From NCBI GenBank assembly GCA_964016885.1, contig OZ024749.1:51522001-51586000 (forward strand): a stretch of 64,000 bases of DNA, given 5' to 3'. Below, piece after piece: positions 34,301-48,400 of this stretch. Numbering within the stretch: position 1 is the first letter of the stretch; each line of letters starts with the position of its first letter. The stretch comes from Eledone cirrhosa (lineage: Eukaryota). The notes under the pieces were generated by a model. That model was not told the DNA's origin, searched no databases, and saw nothing but the letters and a program-made list of their open reading frames with translations. Made by a program: the position numbers and the translations under genes.

Positions 34301-37300
34301 ATAAGCCTTGTGAAACTGACTTTCCAGGTCTTTTTTTACTATTTCCACCCACTGGTCTGATGTGATTTGATATTGGAATACTGGTGTACAGGAAAAAAAA
34401 AATTAAAGGCTTTTGTTGAATTATAGAGCTAAGCTTAAATCTTATATATGTAAGCCTTATCAAACTGGACTTGTGGGATAAGGATTAGTTTGTGTGTATG
34501 TTTGTAGCGGCGGTAGGCAATATAGTGAAGTGGATTTAGTATTAAGAGTAAGACTGAGTTCAAATCAACTCCATGTTCTGTTTAGTCTCTGAGGGGAGCC
34601 TCTATATGGTCACTAAACCTGTTAGAAATAGTAGCCAAATTTCCCTAAAATAACACAAGTACCTTAATTGTTAAGAAGTTTGCTCTGCAATCGTGTGGTT
34701 TAGGGTCTATTTCCATTGTGTCGCATCTTGGGCAAGTGTTTTCTATAGCCTCAGGTTGACTAATGCCATGTGAGTGAATAGACTGTGTGAACACCTGTTG
34801 TGTGTAGATATATATATGCGTGTGGTGCTGACAAAACAAAAGGTATCTAGTCTGCCCTGTAAAGTGGTTGTATTGGAGACATGACAGTGCGCTGAGTTCG
34901 CCTTGTAAAGCAGTCGCATGGTGACACACCTGTCTGTTGGTCATTTTGGTGCCACAATAAAAAGCACCCAGTCCGTCCTGTAAAGTGGTTGTGTTGGTGA
35001 CACAACAGAGTGCCTAGTCCACTCTGTATATTGGTTGTGCTGGTAACATTACAAAAAGCATCTTGTCTACTCTGTTATGTAGTCATTTCACTGCCACAAT
35101 AAAAAGCACCCAGTCCACATTGTAACATGTTTGGCGTTAGGAAAGGCATCCAGCTATAGACACCAAACCAAAATACGGATCTGTATGAGTAAGACGTGCT
35201 CATCTGACCTGAATTGTCTCATAATCTCACAATTGCTCTAACCTATGGAAAATGGACATTAAATGGTGATAATGTATATATGTGTGTTAGTATTGCCTGT
35301 GTTTACATTTGTTTATTTTCCATAATTAAGTGGTTCTATAAAAAAGATATCTATAAAATAAGCACCTATAATATATATATATATATTATCACCACCACCG
35401 GATCCTTTGTTTGCTTTTGTTTTTGCTAATCAATTAGTACATTAGAAAACAGATCAATTAAATCAATATTCATATATTTTACCATTTTCTTAATCTTGTT
35501 ACTAATCGGCTGGAGACAACCGTTTGTTTTATGATGCAAAATTTATTCTTTTAAACTGATCATATTTAATTAACTCTTTAGCATTTACATTACTCTATAT
35601 TTACTATTGTATTTTCATGGCAAACGCTTTAACTCACATAATATCTCACATAATCTCGAATCTATGTGATTTGATATTATTTATTTTGAGAACAATACCC
35701 TAACATAAATATGCGTGGCAAGTTATGGCCAGTTTGAACAGAAAGAGGTGTGAAAATTCTGGCCGGATATGGCTGGTTTAAACGCTAATGAGTTATGGCA
35801 TGTAGTCTACTGGTTAGGGAGTTGGTTTCATGGCCATAAAGCCATGTGTTCCTTCAGAGCTAGGTACTTACTTTACTCTCACTATTCATGTGTACTCTAC
35901 TAAAAATGTGTAGTAGTAGCAACCGTAGCTGAAGGTTAGCTAATGTGACAGATATACCTTCCTAGTACTCTCTTTGTCTTTTAACACTCTATGAAGCTGA
36001 AATAAACTCTGGCCTTTGTGTGAACATGGAAAAATGGATGTAAAAAAAATGTTTCTCTCTCTCTCTAACTCTTATTTATTTATGTCATGTAACATTAACA
36101 CTTGTCATCATGTACCACATGAAACCACATTAGTAAGACAGTCGTGCAAAGTACAAAACAGCACTACAACTATGCCACATTAAAAATTAATCTATTTTTT
36201 TTCAGTTTACTGCAAATGTTCACAACAATCAGTTCTGTTCATTAATAAATATATGATAGACATTTGAATTAACAAACCACATTAGTAAAACATTTGGAAA
36301 TCTACCAAATAACTGCTTAAAAGTTAAATTACTAAATCCCTCCAAATTCTTGATTATTTGAAATACAGAGAATATATTTCATTAGAAATATCATCGTCAT
36401 CAAACATTAGCTTTCCTTGCTAGCCCCCAGTCTAGAGGACCAAGTTAGTACTCAAGCGGAGCTACTAGCCTCCCAGGCAGGTCTAGAGGTCTGCATCCTG
36501 CTTTCACCAACCACATTACATCGTGTACTGGGTGCATTTACTGTGTAGATCACCAACGGGAGGGAGGGTGTCGTGCCCTTGACATGATTGAAGGGTCCTC
36601 CTTTATAGCACATACTGGGTGTGTTAATAAGAGACAGTCTATATACAGACAATAATAATGACTGACACACTGCCAGAGACAAATAGTGAAAGGCTAAAAT
36701 GTATTTTCTCTGCCTTCATGTTCTTGTCCTTTGAATAAGAAGAAAAACAAAGATGCCATTGTTTATGTCTTAGCTTGTGATGTATGAGGATTTGTTCTAG
36801 AACCATTAGCTGTTTACATCTTTATTTACAATGGTTTTTGTGAGGACAATTTTGACACTTTTGTCATTTCAGAACCTTTCATTGCTTTTATTCTTTTCCT
36901 GGATTCAATCATTAGACTGTAGCCATGCTGGGGCACTGCCTTAAAGGAATTTAGTTTATCATATCGACCCCTGTACATATTTCAACATTGTTTGGTTTTT
37001 TTTGTGTGTGAAATTGCTAAGTTATGGGACATAAACATAGTCACACACAGCCCTTCAGTTTTCCTCTATCAAATTTCCATATGTATATTTTTACAGTGAT
37101 CTGTCCACTAGTAAAAATACTATAAACATTTGAATTGACAAACATGTTTTTAGTTATTTGTTAAATCATTACTGTATGTTAAGATTTAATTTCATAGTGA
37201 ACAAATATTTTTAAATGAATGCTTTTGTCTCTGGTCATGGGCTATTAATCAAACTACTTAAAATCAGAGTGCTCATATGTAGATTAAAATTTTATCTGAA

Positions 37301-39382
37301 TTATAACTAAACAAGCTACAAATTGGCATTTGTTGGGGCATCAAATTAAATTCCTGGGTCTTTATTCTGGCCCTCTGCACTCTTGATTACAAATGCTGCT
37401 ACAATTAACTCTGCCTTTTATCCTTTTGGGGTTAATTAGATTACCAGTGGAATAAAATATTTTCCCTTTGGAGGTGAATATTACACCAATTTTACTTTCA
37501 ACGTGAAATTCATATTTCTCATTGTTTTTCATAAAATTTGAATGATTATGACCTTCAAAACTGTCAAAATCATTACATAATGGAATTGTGAAACAAATTT
37601 GTATCTTTGGTTTAATTGACTTCTTATACTGTGTATTTTACTCTGAATTTTAACTCCTTAAGTTTGGGTTAAAGGAAAAAACAACAAAAAGCTCCCCAAT
37701 ATTTATAGTCTGCCAGTTGTGACCGGTAGATAGTATATGCAGTGAAAAGACCAATGGAAACATTGTTTCCTTGGTCTGATATGACAAGTTCAACTCCATT
37801 CAATAAGCAAATGAGATCTGGAGTTTTGTTGATTGATTTGATTGATCGAGTGGTTTATAGTGTTCTAATAATATCTTTTTATTATTACAGATTTTGTCGG
37901 GTGATGCTGTGGTTATTCGGGGTCAACCACGGGGTGGACCTCCCAAAGAACGGACTATATGTCTCTCAAATATTACAGCTCCTAGGTTAGCTCGTAGGGC
38001 TAATCCGAAAGAAACAAAAGATGAGGTAAACACCTTTTTTAAATTAAAACTTTTCTACATTAATTCTTTTTGACATCAAACTTCCTGAAACAGCCCCTTC
38101 TATCATACAGCACTGTTTTGAAGTGTTAATATTTATCTAGAAATCTTCTATCATAATTTTATGTAAGAACCATTAAATTCTGGTATTTAAAATAAACACT
38201 TTTGATATGAAACTGCCTTTGCTGGTTCCATAATACAAAACTTTTCTAAAGTGTTTATATTTATTTAAAAACCTCCCATCATAATTTTATGTAAGAACCT
38301 TCTTACAATATGTAGGCATACAGTGTACCTATTCTAAACAAGATTCACAATACACTTCCTGACACCCACTCTTTTAGTTTCCTCTAATTCTTTTAGTAGG
38401 TTGGTTAACAAGTATATAGAAATTCTCTCATTGCCATGATCCTTTAAATATTGAAAAAAATGTCTTTTTCTTTTTCAACTAACATTTGATTGGCTATCGT
38501 GATTTCTATATAACTTTGTGTGTATTTCTTTAAAGCCTTATGCTTGGGAAGCCAGAGAATATCTTCGCAAGAGGTTAATAGGACTTGAAGTTACTTTTAC
38601 TGTGGAATACACTGTTCCAGGTACAAACAGAGAATATGGATGTATCTATATTGGAGCTGGTGAGTATGCTATTGATTTTCAGTCGTCGTCATCATCATCA
38701 TCTTCATTGTTTAACATCCTCTTCCCCTGTTAGCAAGGGTTGGATGGGTTGGTACTCAAAAGCTACTAACCCCTCGGATGAGCCAGGGGTCTGCATCTTA
38801 TGTGTGTTCCTGCACTCCCCTGAGTTCTTGGAACGAGCCCAAGGCCTGCATCTCTTACATAACAAGCCCGTGCTCTACCGAATACATTTTATCATGGCAC
38901 CAGCACTAGGGTGGTTGTCATAACGTGACACCAGCACTAGGGTGGGTGTCGTGTCTTGACACAGCTTAAGAGTCCTCTCAATCTTTCTCTGAGACATGGA
39001 AATACTCATTCATCAATCAGTATTACTATAGGTATGGGGTAGGTGTTTTACTTCCCTAATGCTTAAGGTACAGTGGGGAAAGTGTGTAGCTAAGTAGTTA
39101 GGATGTTGAGTCCATCTTATAAGGTCATGGATTCAATTCCTGCTGGACTCGGTGGCACATTGTGTTCTTGAGCAAGACACTTCAATTCATACTTTTCATT
39201 TTAGGAGTGGGGGCCCCCACTCATTAAAAGAAACCTTATATGACATTCAATCTTGTTAGAAGTCAGCTAAACTTGCATAGGGGTGCGCTATAGATTTAAT
39301 TTATACATTATCATCATCGTTTAACGTCTATTTTCCATACTAGCATGCCTGATGAGCTTCTGGGCTCAAAACAGATTTTAGA

Positions 39383-39433
<51 letters not shown>

Positions 39434-42400
39434 AATAATCAGCTTTGTATCATAGACCCAGGGGTGGTTTTAGGCAGTTTGGTATTTAAAGGGTAAAATA
39501 ACTTATCTGTTTTTGATCTTTGTTTAATAATGTCTGAGTGATAGTGTGTTATATATCTGATGATTGTAAAAGATAGTTTTTGTGGTCTCTGTGAGAAACT
39601 AACATCAAGATCATTGTAAAAATATCATTTGATTTAATCTCCATTGTTTCGACATGTCATAAACTGTATGTATCTAGCTTAATTGTATCTTGATTTGAAT
39701 GTTCCAGATAATTCTCGAGAGAACATGACTGAGTCATTGATATCTGAAGGTCTTGTGGAAGTAAGGCGAGGCGGTTTGAAACCATCTGAGTATGTATAGT
39801 CATTCTATTTTATTTGCAAACATTTCATCTCTTTGTCACTATTTCTAGCAAATACATGAAGTATATTTCGATTGACGAAATGTTAAAATATTGGAATGGA
39901 GGCACATGGCTTAGTGGTTAGAGCTTGGCCTTGCAATCGAAAAGTTGTGAGCTCAATTCTCAGACAATTTATTTCACATTGCTCCAGTTTACTCAGCTGT
40001 AGAAATGAGATGATAGGGACTTGGGTCCCTATCATTCCACTGCAAAGTGGACGTGGAGGTGCCACGGCAAAAAAGCACCCAGTACTCGCTGTAACTTCCA
40101 GAATCAGTTCCCGTCCCACCCTTGCAAGCAGGGAAAAAGCGGACGTAAAATGAAATGATGATGATTGGTCTGTATGTTGTGTTCTTGAGCAAAACATTTC
40201 ATTTAATGTTGTTTGAGTATACTCAGCTGAAAATGGATCCCAACAATACCTGGGAGTTTAACCCTGCGATGGACTGGCGTCTTGTCCAGGGAGAGAGAGA
40301 GTCTTGTACTTTGTCACTTGTACTTTGCCACAGAAACTAGGATAAGTACCAGCCTGATGAGCCTCCAGGTTTAGAGTTAGACTTTAGACTTTTTTAAGTA
40401 GAGTTATATATTAGATCATGCAACGAATTGGCAGAGTTGTTAGAACATTGAATAGAATGCTTCGCAATATTCCTTTTGACTCTCTATGCTCTGAGCTCTA
40501 CTTTGCTTTTCATCATTTTGAGATCAATAGAAATACCAGTCTAGTACTGGGGTTGATTCTTCCTCTATATTTTTCTCATTTCCTCTCTATCACTCTTCGG
40601 TTTTTTTAAAAACATTTTATCTAATTGTAATTTTTTTTTTTTTCTTTTTGGTTTGATGCAGTGAAGGTCAACAGAAACTGATTCAATTAGAAGAAAATGC
40701 TAAGTCTGCGGGTAAAGGAAAGTGGGCCACTGGTGCAGCCAATGACCACATCCGAAACATTAAGTGGACAAGTGAAAACCCTCGTAATTTTGTTGAATCT
40801 CATCACTATAAACCAATCGATGGTAAGTTGTAGTTCCCTTCTCAATATTAGTTAGAGATTGATAATGATATTGATTTCAACTATGGAACCACATGAGATC
40901 TACAGTGTCACAACTGGTCCCACCTAGACAGACAGACAAACATACATATTATTAACATCATCATCATCATCATCATCATCATCATTTTAGACTATTGTTG
41001 GATGAGTTCTTCTCAGTACAGCATTTCAACTACTTGTCCCATTCCTTTGTCACATATAGTGGTCGTGCTTGTGACTTGATGAAAGTGTACCCAGTCCAAC
41101 CTGTCAGTTCATTCTTTTGGTGCCATGATGAAAAGCCCCCCAGTCTATGCTGTAATTGTGGTTGGCATTAGGAAGGTCATCCACTGGTAGAAACCAATCC
41201 AGAAACAATTCTGTATGAGCAAGACATGGTCATCTGATCTTACACAACAGGACTTGTCTACCCATGCTAATGTGGAAAATGGACATTAAACGATAATGAT
41301 TATATATATATATATATATATATTTACACACACGCACAGAGTTATTTAGTTTATAATCTATGTCTATTTTTTTTTGTTGTTGTTAATTTCAGCTGTTATT
41401 GAGCATGTGCGTGATGGTTGCACTGTGCGTGCATTTTTGTTGCCCAACTTTGATTATGTCACAGTTATGCTGTCAGGAATCAAAGTAAGTATATAATACA
41501 TATCTCCCTTTCCCTCTTCTCTTTGGTTTGTGTGCCATGGTCATGGTTTTCTATATTCAGTTCCAATCCAATCCTGGGCCTTGTCACTCCCGTTGGGGAA
41601 GCCCTTCTCTAGTTGACCGTCACTCCTTTCTCTTTGGTTTTTGCTCCTTTTTCTATATTCAGTTGGCTGCAGTTAATAAAGTGATTAAATACCATGCCAA
41701 AAATAACTACGAGTGTGACAAGGTTCTTCAATCCATCCAATCTCAAATTGTGACAACCCATCCAACCCTTCTTCTTTGCCCACTTATTCCTGGGAAAATC
41801 ATGGGGGCAGTCTTCAAACACTTCTGGTCCTGTCAGAAGCAACCGTCTCCAATTGATCTGGCTGGATCAATCCCCAAGCGAGACCAGCCAAGCTCATGGA
41901 TGTTATTCAATCTTTCTCTGGGTCTCCTGCCAGTTATTTTTGCCTGTAAAATCTGTCCAGCAATTCTTTCCTGAGACATTCTAATCACATGCCTGTAATA
42001 TCGGAGCTGTGACCTCTCAATTCAGAGAAGTAGCAGCTTTAACTGATACACACACAATCAGTAATGATGATGATGATGATGCACCATCATCATAATCATC
42101 ATGATGACTGTTTAACGTTTACTTTTCTTTCTTCAAGGCACCGATGTTTAAAATGGAAGGTGTTCAACAAGTAGCTGAAGAGTTTGCTGAGGAAGCCAAG
42201 TATTTCACAGAATCACGGTTGCTGCAAAGAGACGTTAAAATCATTCTGGAAGGAACCTCTAATCAGAACTTTCTTGGAACAGTCATACATCCGGTAAGAT
42301 TTACTTTGTATGTATTTAATGTAATGTATGTGTGTGTATAAGTATGTATGTATTGACCTGTAACTCCTGGTGGGGTCATAGAGGTGCCAGTGCGGCATAC

Positions 42401-45400
42401 ATCAAGTCTTTGGCATTTTAAACATGGCAGTGTCCATCCTTCTCTGGGTCTGAATATAGCCAAATTCTTCCAGACAAGGAGTGTGAAAGAAACATAAAGG
42501 AAGAATTGATCCTAGTACTGGACTGGTATTTCTTTTATTGACCTCAAAAGGCAAAATTGACGCTCTGCTGGATTTGAGCTAGGAGTACAGAGCCAAAATG
42601 ATTTTCACAAAGCATTCTATTTGACATTCTAGTGACTTTGTCAACTCATCACCTTACCTTTTTTTGCTTTGAATTTCGACCGGTAGATAGTATCACCAAT
42701 GGAAACATTGTTTCCTTGGGTGCTTTTTATATATATTTATTTGGACCTGCAACTCCTGGTGAGGCTGTAAGGGTGCCATAGTGATGATATATAGCATGTC
42801 ATGGGCATTTAAAACCTGGCAGAGCACCCATCTCTCCAGGTCTGAACACAGCCGATTTCTTCCAGAGAAGAGGGATAGTCATCGAGAGCAAGAATCTTTT
42901 TCTTTCTTTTATCAACCTCGGAAGTACAAAAGGCAAAGTTGAGGTAGGCAAGATTTGAACTCAGAGGCGAGAGAGAGAACCAGAGAACAAAAACTACAAA
43001 TTATTCTATCCGATGTTCTAACAAGTCTGTCAATTTGCCACCTATATGCTAAAGAGATATTTCTCAAATACAGGAAAAAAGCGGACGTAAAATGAAATGA
43101 TTCAGGGTTTTTTTTGTTCTATTTGTAGAGAGGTAACATCACAGAGTTTCTATTAAGTGAAGGTTTTGCTCGATGTGTTGACTGGAGCATGGGAGTTGTT
43201 ACAAGTGGAACTGAAAAGTATCGTTCAGCAGAAAAGTAATTTCACACATTTTAATATTTTTTCTTTCTATCTTACTTACTTACATATCGTCGTTGGTTAT
43301 CGTCATTTTCGTTGTTATCTTCATCACTGTCATTGTGGTTATCTTCATTGTCATCATCTTCATCATCATCATCTTCATCATTGTCTTCGTTGTCGTGATT
43401 GCCATTGTTGTTGATGTCGTTGTCATCATGAACAAAATAATTGTTGTTTCCAAACTGCTGACATTTCCATTTTGTCTGTTACAGAAAAGCCAAAGAAAAT
43501 CGATTGCGAATATGGAAAGACTACAAACCTTCTGGAGTTGTTATTGATGATAAAAGTAAAAACTTTACAGCTAAGGTGAGTGGACAAGATGAAAACGCTT
43601 TTTAGTTAGGGCTTTTGTATTCATTCACTTCGGGTGTTATGTCATATATGTAAATTTTGTCATGGCACCAACATGACCACCTTACAAGGTGGACAGGGGT
43701 CTTTTTCATTGCAACAGTATGACTGATACCACCACAAGTCTCAGGATAACACATTCACAATGTACAGCATTTTATTTTTTTAAGTATGGTAATGAAAGGC
43801 TTTAGAAATATGGTAATGAAAGCCTTTTTCTTCTTAGTTTCTATTATTTACACCTCTTTGTTGTTGTTTCTGTAGGTTGTAGAAATTGTTAATGGAGATG
43901 CAATGATAGTGAAATCATCATCATCATCATCAGATAGCAGAAAAATATTTCTTGCCAGTATTCGACCTCCTCGGTAAGTAATAAAAGTATTTTGTTTAGT
44001 ACGTTGGGCTGAGCTATTTTATGTGAGAGTAGGGTGGGATGGGCGGTACAGTTGAATATGGTGGTTTTTGTGGGTTATATGGGCCATGGTCTGGACCCCC
44101 ATAATCAGGAACTCAAACATCCCATGGTTAATCATCTTGGGAGGGGTAGATGCATTTAGGATCACAACAGAAGGAACAGTTTACATTGTCTTTGCTGTCT
44201 TTGTCTGTTTTTCCATCCTAGCATGTCTTGCATGATACTTATTTTTTGTGGCCTTTCCTGGTGCCATCCCTGGCTTGTTTTTAAAGTAAGGTACATAAAC
44301 ATCACTGTCTGCACAAGTAGTGTCACACACACACATGGGAGGACCCTTCAGTTGAGTCAGTGACATGATAGCTTCCCCAGTGTTGCTGTTCAACACGATA
44401 AATGCACCCGGTACATGCTGTAAGGTGAAGTGGATCTCTTAATCACACACCCATACCTGTGCCTTTTGCAATTGTAATAATTTTCTTTATTCATGTCTTA
44501 AACTTAATTTGAACATAAAAAATCTTTTTCTCCATTTTTAAGACTTCAATCAGAAAACAATGAGAATGCTACACCAAATATCATGAAAGACAATAATCGG
44601 CGTGTGAGACCTCTCTATGATATCCCATATATGTTTGAAGCTCGAGAATTCATGCGCAAGAAACTTGTGGGTAAAAAGGTAGAGTTTCAATTTGTTTTAT
44701 TCGCACCAAAGTCTTTGATCAAATTATTATAACTTAACCTATTTTATACCAACTCTGCTTCTAAGATATAAAATGTTTTGTTTTAAAATGCTTATATTTA
44801 AATTAAGAACATTCCATTTCATCATAATTTTATGTAAGAATCTTTTAATCCTTTAGCATTTAAACCAGCCATATCCGGCCAAAATTCTCTCACCTCTTTC
44901 TGTTCAAACCAGCTGTAACTGGCCACTCATACTGATGTTAAGGTAGTGTTCTCAATAAATATCAAAATCTCATAGATTCAATATTATTTACCGTGAAAAT
45001 ACAATAGTATATATAGCTATTATTTCACATATCGAATCTGAGATTTTGATATTATTTGTTTTGAGAACATTACCGTAACATCAATATTAGTGGCTGGTGA
45101 CAGCTGGTTTGAAGAAAATGAGGTGAAAAAATTCTGGCTGGATATTGGCCTGTTTAAATGCTAAAGGGTTAAATTACTATCTTAGTAATGAAATAATTAT
45201 TTTAGTAAATCTCACAAACTGGTTTTCATCATAGAACCAGGGGCAGTTTTAAGCGGGTTGATATGAAAAGGTTTAATGACATGCTCTTGTGACTATTGAA
45301 ATTCTGTAAACTTTTTCTGCATGTCATTTAAAACAAAAATGAAACCACATTTCTTCCTCGTTTTATCATTTATGTAGGTCAACGTGCAAATTGATTATAT

Positions 45401-48400
45401 TCAACCAGCTTCAGGAGGTTTTCCTGAGAAAACTTGCTGCACTGTAACTAGTGGAACTATGTAAGTGATCCAGTGCTTCTATTATCTTTGACAAAAGTGA
45501 AAACTCTTTCAATATCTACAGTTGTTATATATATATTGAATAATATTTAACTCCGTTCCCGCACCAACAACAGAATCTTGCATCAAAGATGTATGAGTTG
45601 CATTACATTAAGTGCTTTTCCTACTATTGCATCATGGTTAACTATACAGAATGACCAGTTCTGTCTAGTGGTGAACCACCAACTTCAATGAATATATATA
45701 TATAAAAAATTTCCTGGCTAACATTGCTTTGGTGAAATGCCCCTTGAAACCTCCTAGTCACATGGCTGGTGTCCGAGTGCTTACTGCCCTAGGGAAGCCC
45801 TACAAAGTGTGTCTCCATCCCCCGTTCTCCTACTTATGCTCAACATTCTCTGATATATATATGTGGCAAAGATGTTTGTACTCATGAATAAATAAATAAA
45901 GCATTTTTCTCTTGTTTTTTATTTTGTTCAGTAATGTGGCTGAGGCTTTGGTGAGTAAAGGTCTGGCAACTGTGATTCGCCATCGTCAAGATGATGACCA
46001 ACGATCTGCTCACTATGATGAGTTGCTTGGGGCAGAATCCAGAGCACAAAAGAAAGGCCTTGGCGTCCACTCTAAAAAAGAACCACCAATTCACAGGGTC
46101 GCTGATTTGTCTGGAGTAAGTAAACCCTTATTGAATTTGTTTGTTGGTTTCTGTACAGTGTATGTATGTATAGTGAAGGAGTATAGTTTAATGGTTAAGG
46201 TGTTGAACACAGAATCATAAGGTAGTAGATTCAATTCCCTGTAAATTTCATATTCTTTATTTCATTGTATGTTCGCTTTCCTTGCTGGCATGGGTGGGAT
46301 CAGTTGTTACCACTTTACAGTGTGCTGGGTACATTTTGTTGTGACACCAACACTATCACTTTACAATGTACTGGGTGTATTTGAACAAAACACTTAATTC
46401 CTGTTGCTTCAGTTTACTCGACTGAAAATGAGTACCAGCAGTAGCTGGGGACTTTCCCCTGAGATGGACTGGCGTGCTGACCATGGGGGAGTCTTATACT
46501 CTGTTACTTCACACCATGGAAACCAGGATAAGCACTGGCCCAATGAACCTCTGGGCTTGAGACAGACTTTAGAGAAGGTTAAAGAATTATTGTTGTTCCT
46601 TGCTAAACTCTTAACTTGTAACTATATCTTTATTTTTATAATTATTTATACATGTCTTACCTGATAACATTGGCTTCCAGTTTTTATATTTGCCATTGTA
46701 TATATTTATTTTCAGGATTTTGGCAAGTCTAAACAGTTTTTACCATTCTTGCAAAGAGCTGGACGATCAGAGGCTATAGTTGAGTTTGTGGCAAGTGGCT
46801 CTCGTCTTCGACTTTTTATCCCCAGAGAAACTTGCCTCATTACATTCCTCATCTCCGGTAATTTTACATTAATTCTTCAATTGTTTATCTATTCTTTTTA
46901 TTATTCGTTTTGGTGCTACGATAAAAAAAAAAGTTTAACTGGTAAAGTGATTGTATTGGGGTCACAAAAAGTACCAAGTGTTCCCTGTAATGTGGTTATG
47001 CTAGTGACATGACAAAAAGCACCCAGTCTTCCCTGTAATGTGGTCATGTTGGTGACATGACAAAAAGTACCCAGTCTAATCTGTCAGTTGGTTATTTTGT
47101 ACTGGGAACTTTTTATTGTGGTGGCACCAGCACACCAATTTACAGCGTGTTCTGGGTGCTTTGTCGTGTCATCAACACTACCACTTTACAAGGTGGACTG
47201 GTTGCTTTTTGACATCTCACCAACACAACCACCATACATTAATTCTGCCTCCCATCACACACTCAGCTTTCCTTCACTGACTATAAATACTCAAGTTCTA
47301 CTGACTTAAAACTGTAAACATTTGACCCATGTCTCAAACAGTTGACTCTTCCTTTAATGAGGGTCCTTTAGATTGACATCGATAGAATTTTCCTGAGTTT
47401 CTTCTCCATTATCTTCTTTACAACCATGCTAGAGTATAATCTTAACCAAAGCATTAATTAGTTTACTTAAATCATTACTTGAGCATGAATTAGTGCACTT
47501 AATAATTACTTAAGCTTTAATTAGTTAAGTCTTTTAATTAAGCATTAATTAGTTCACCTACTCAGGTGGTGAATTTGACAGCCGTCAACACCTTACAGTA
47601 TTTATTCCAGCTCTCTGAGTTCAAATCTTGTTGAGGTTAACTTTACCGTTCATCTTTTCGAGTAGATAGTGGATAAAATGAAGTATCATTAGTCCAAGGG
47701 GGTGGAATTGTTAGAGCGGCAGTATTTGTTATAAGGCTCTTGGTGTTTGTGAATTCAAATCTCGCTCTGATCCTGACTTTTTGGAGGGAGTGGTGGTGCT
47801 AGATATAATCTGTTGACTGGTTCAACTCCACCACCAACCTAACCCTTTTAGTGGAGTCGAAGTCGTTGTAAAATAATAGATTGATGACATACTACTAAAT
47901 GTTCTTTTTTTAACTAAATAGTATGGTTTTGATGTTATTTGTAATGTTTTCTTTTAGGTATTGACTGCCCCCGTGCTTCTCGACCTGCACCTGGTGGTGG
48001 GGGTTCAACAATACCAGCAGAACCATATGGTGAAGAGGCATTACAATTTACACGAGAACTATGTATCCAAAAAGGGGTATTTATTTTATTTCATTTAACT
48101 TCAGCTTCATCTAACTATTTTTGTTAATATAAAGAATGATGTGCTCCTGTGCTGAGATGCTATGAAATAGCTTATAAAATAGTGGAGATCTTTAAAAGAT
48201 GAAAAAGGAAGTTGCCATTGGCTGCTATGGCAACTTCTTTTTCCGTCTTTTACGGGTCTTCACCCTATTTCGTAGCATCTCTGCACATGAGTATTTTCTT
48301 TATATTAACTTTTATCTTCTCAGCACTTTGTAAAAGTCCGAGAGATCAGCTGTGTATTTTCTTTGTTTACAACTATTTTTGTGTTATTTGTTTTAGTTTT

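Noticed and set aside
28543-37890. Nested gene in the 9.3-kb SND1 first intron
   Set aside because: Only repeats and microsatellites seen; no coherent exon chain on either strand.
39349-39385. CTGATGAGC..GCTCAAAAC as a hammerhead (also 40353)
   Set aside because: No GAAA or stem I; it is the ordinary 3' tail of the Meta-domain SINE.
43157-43547. His/Cys-rich and Ile/Val-rich ORFs (also the YIYI, poly-T/S and CVCV ORFs elsewhere)
   Set aside because: Translations of microsatellites overlapping real SND1 exons in other frames.
48211-48234. X-box-like GTTGCCAT..ATGGCAAC
   Set aside because: Centre of a repeat-derived palindrome deep in an SND1 intron; spacing does not fit an X-box.
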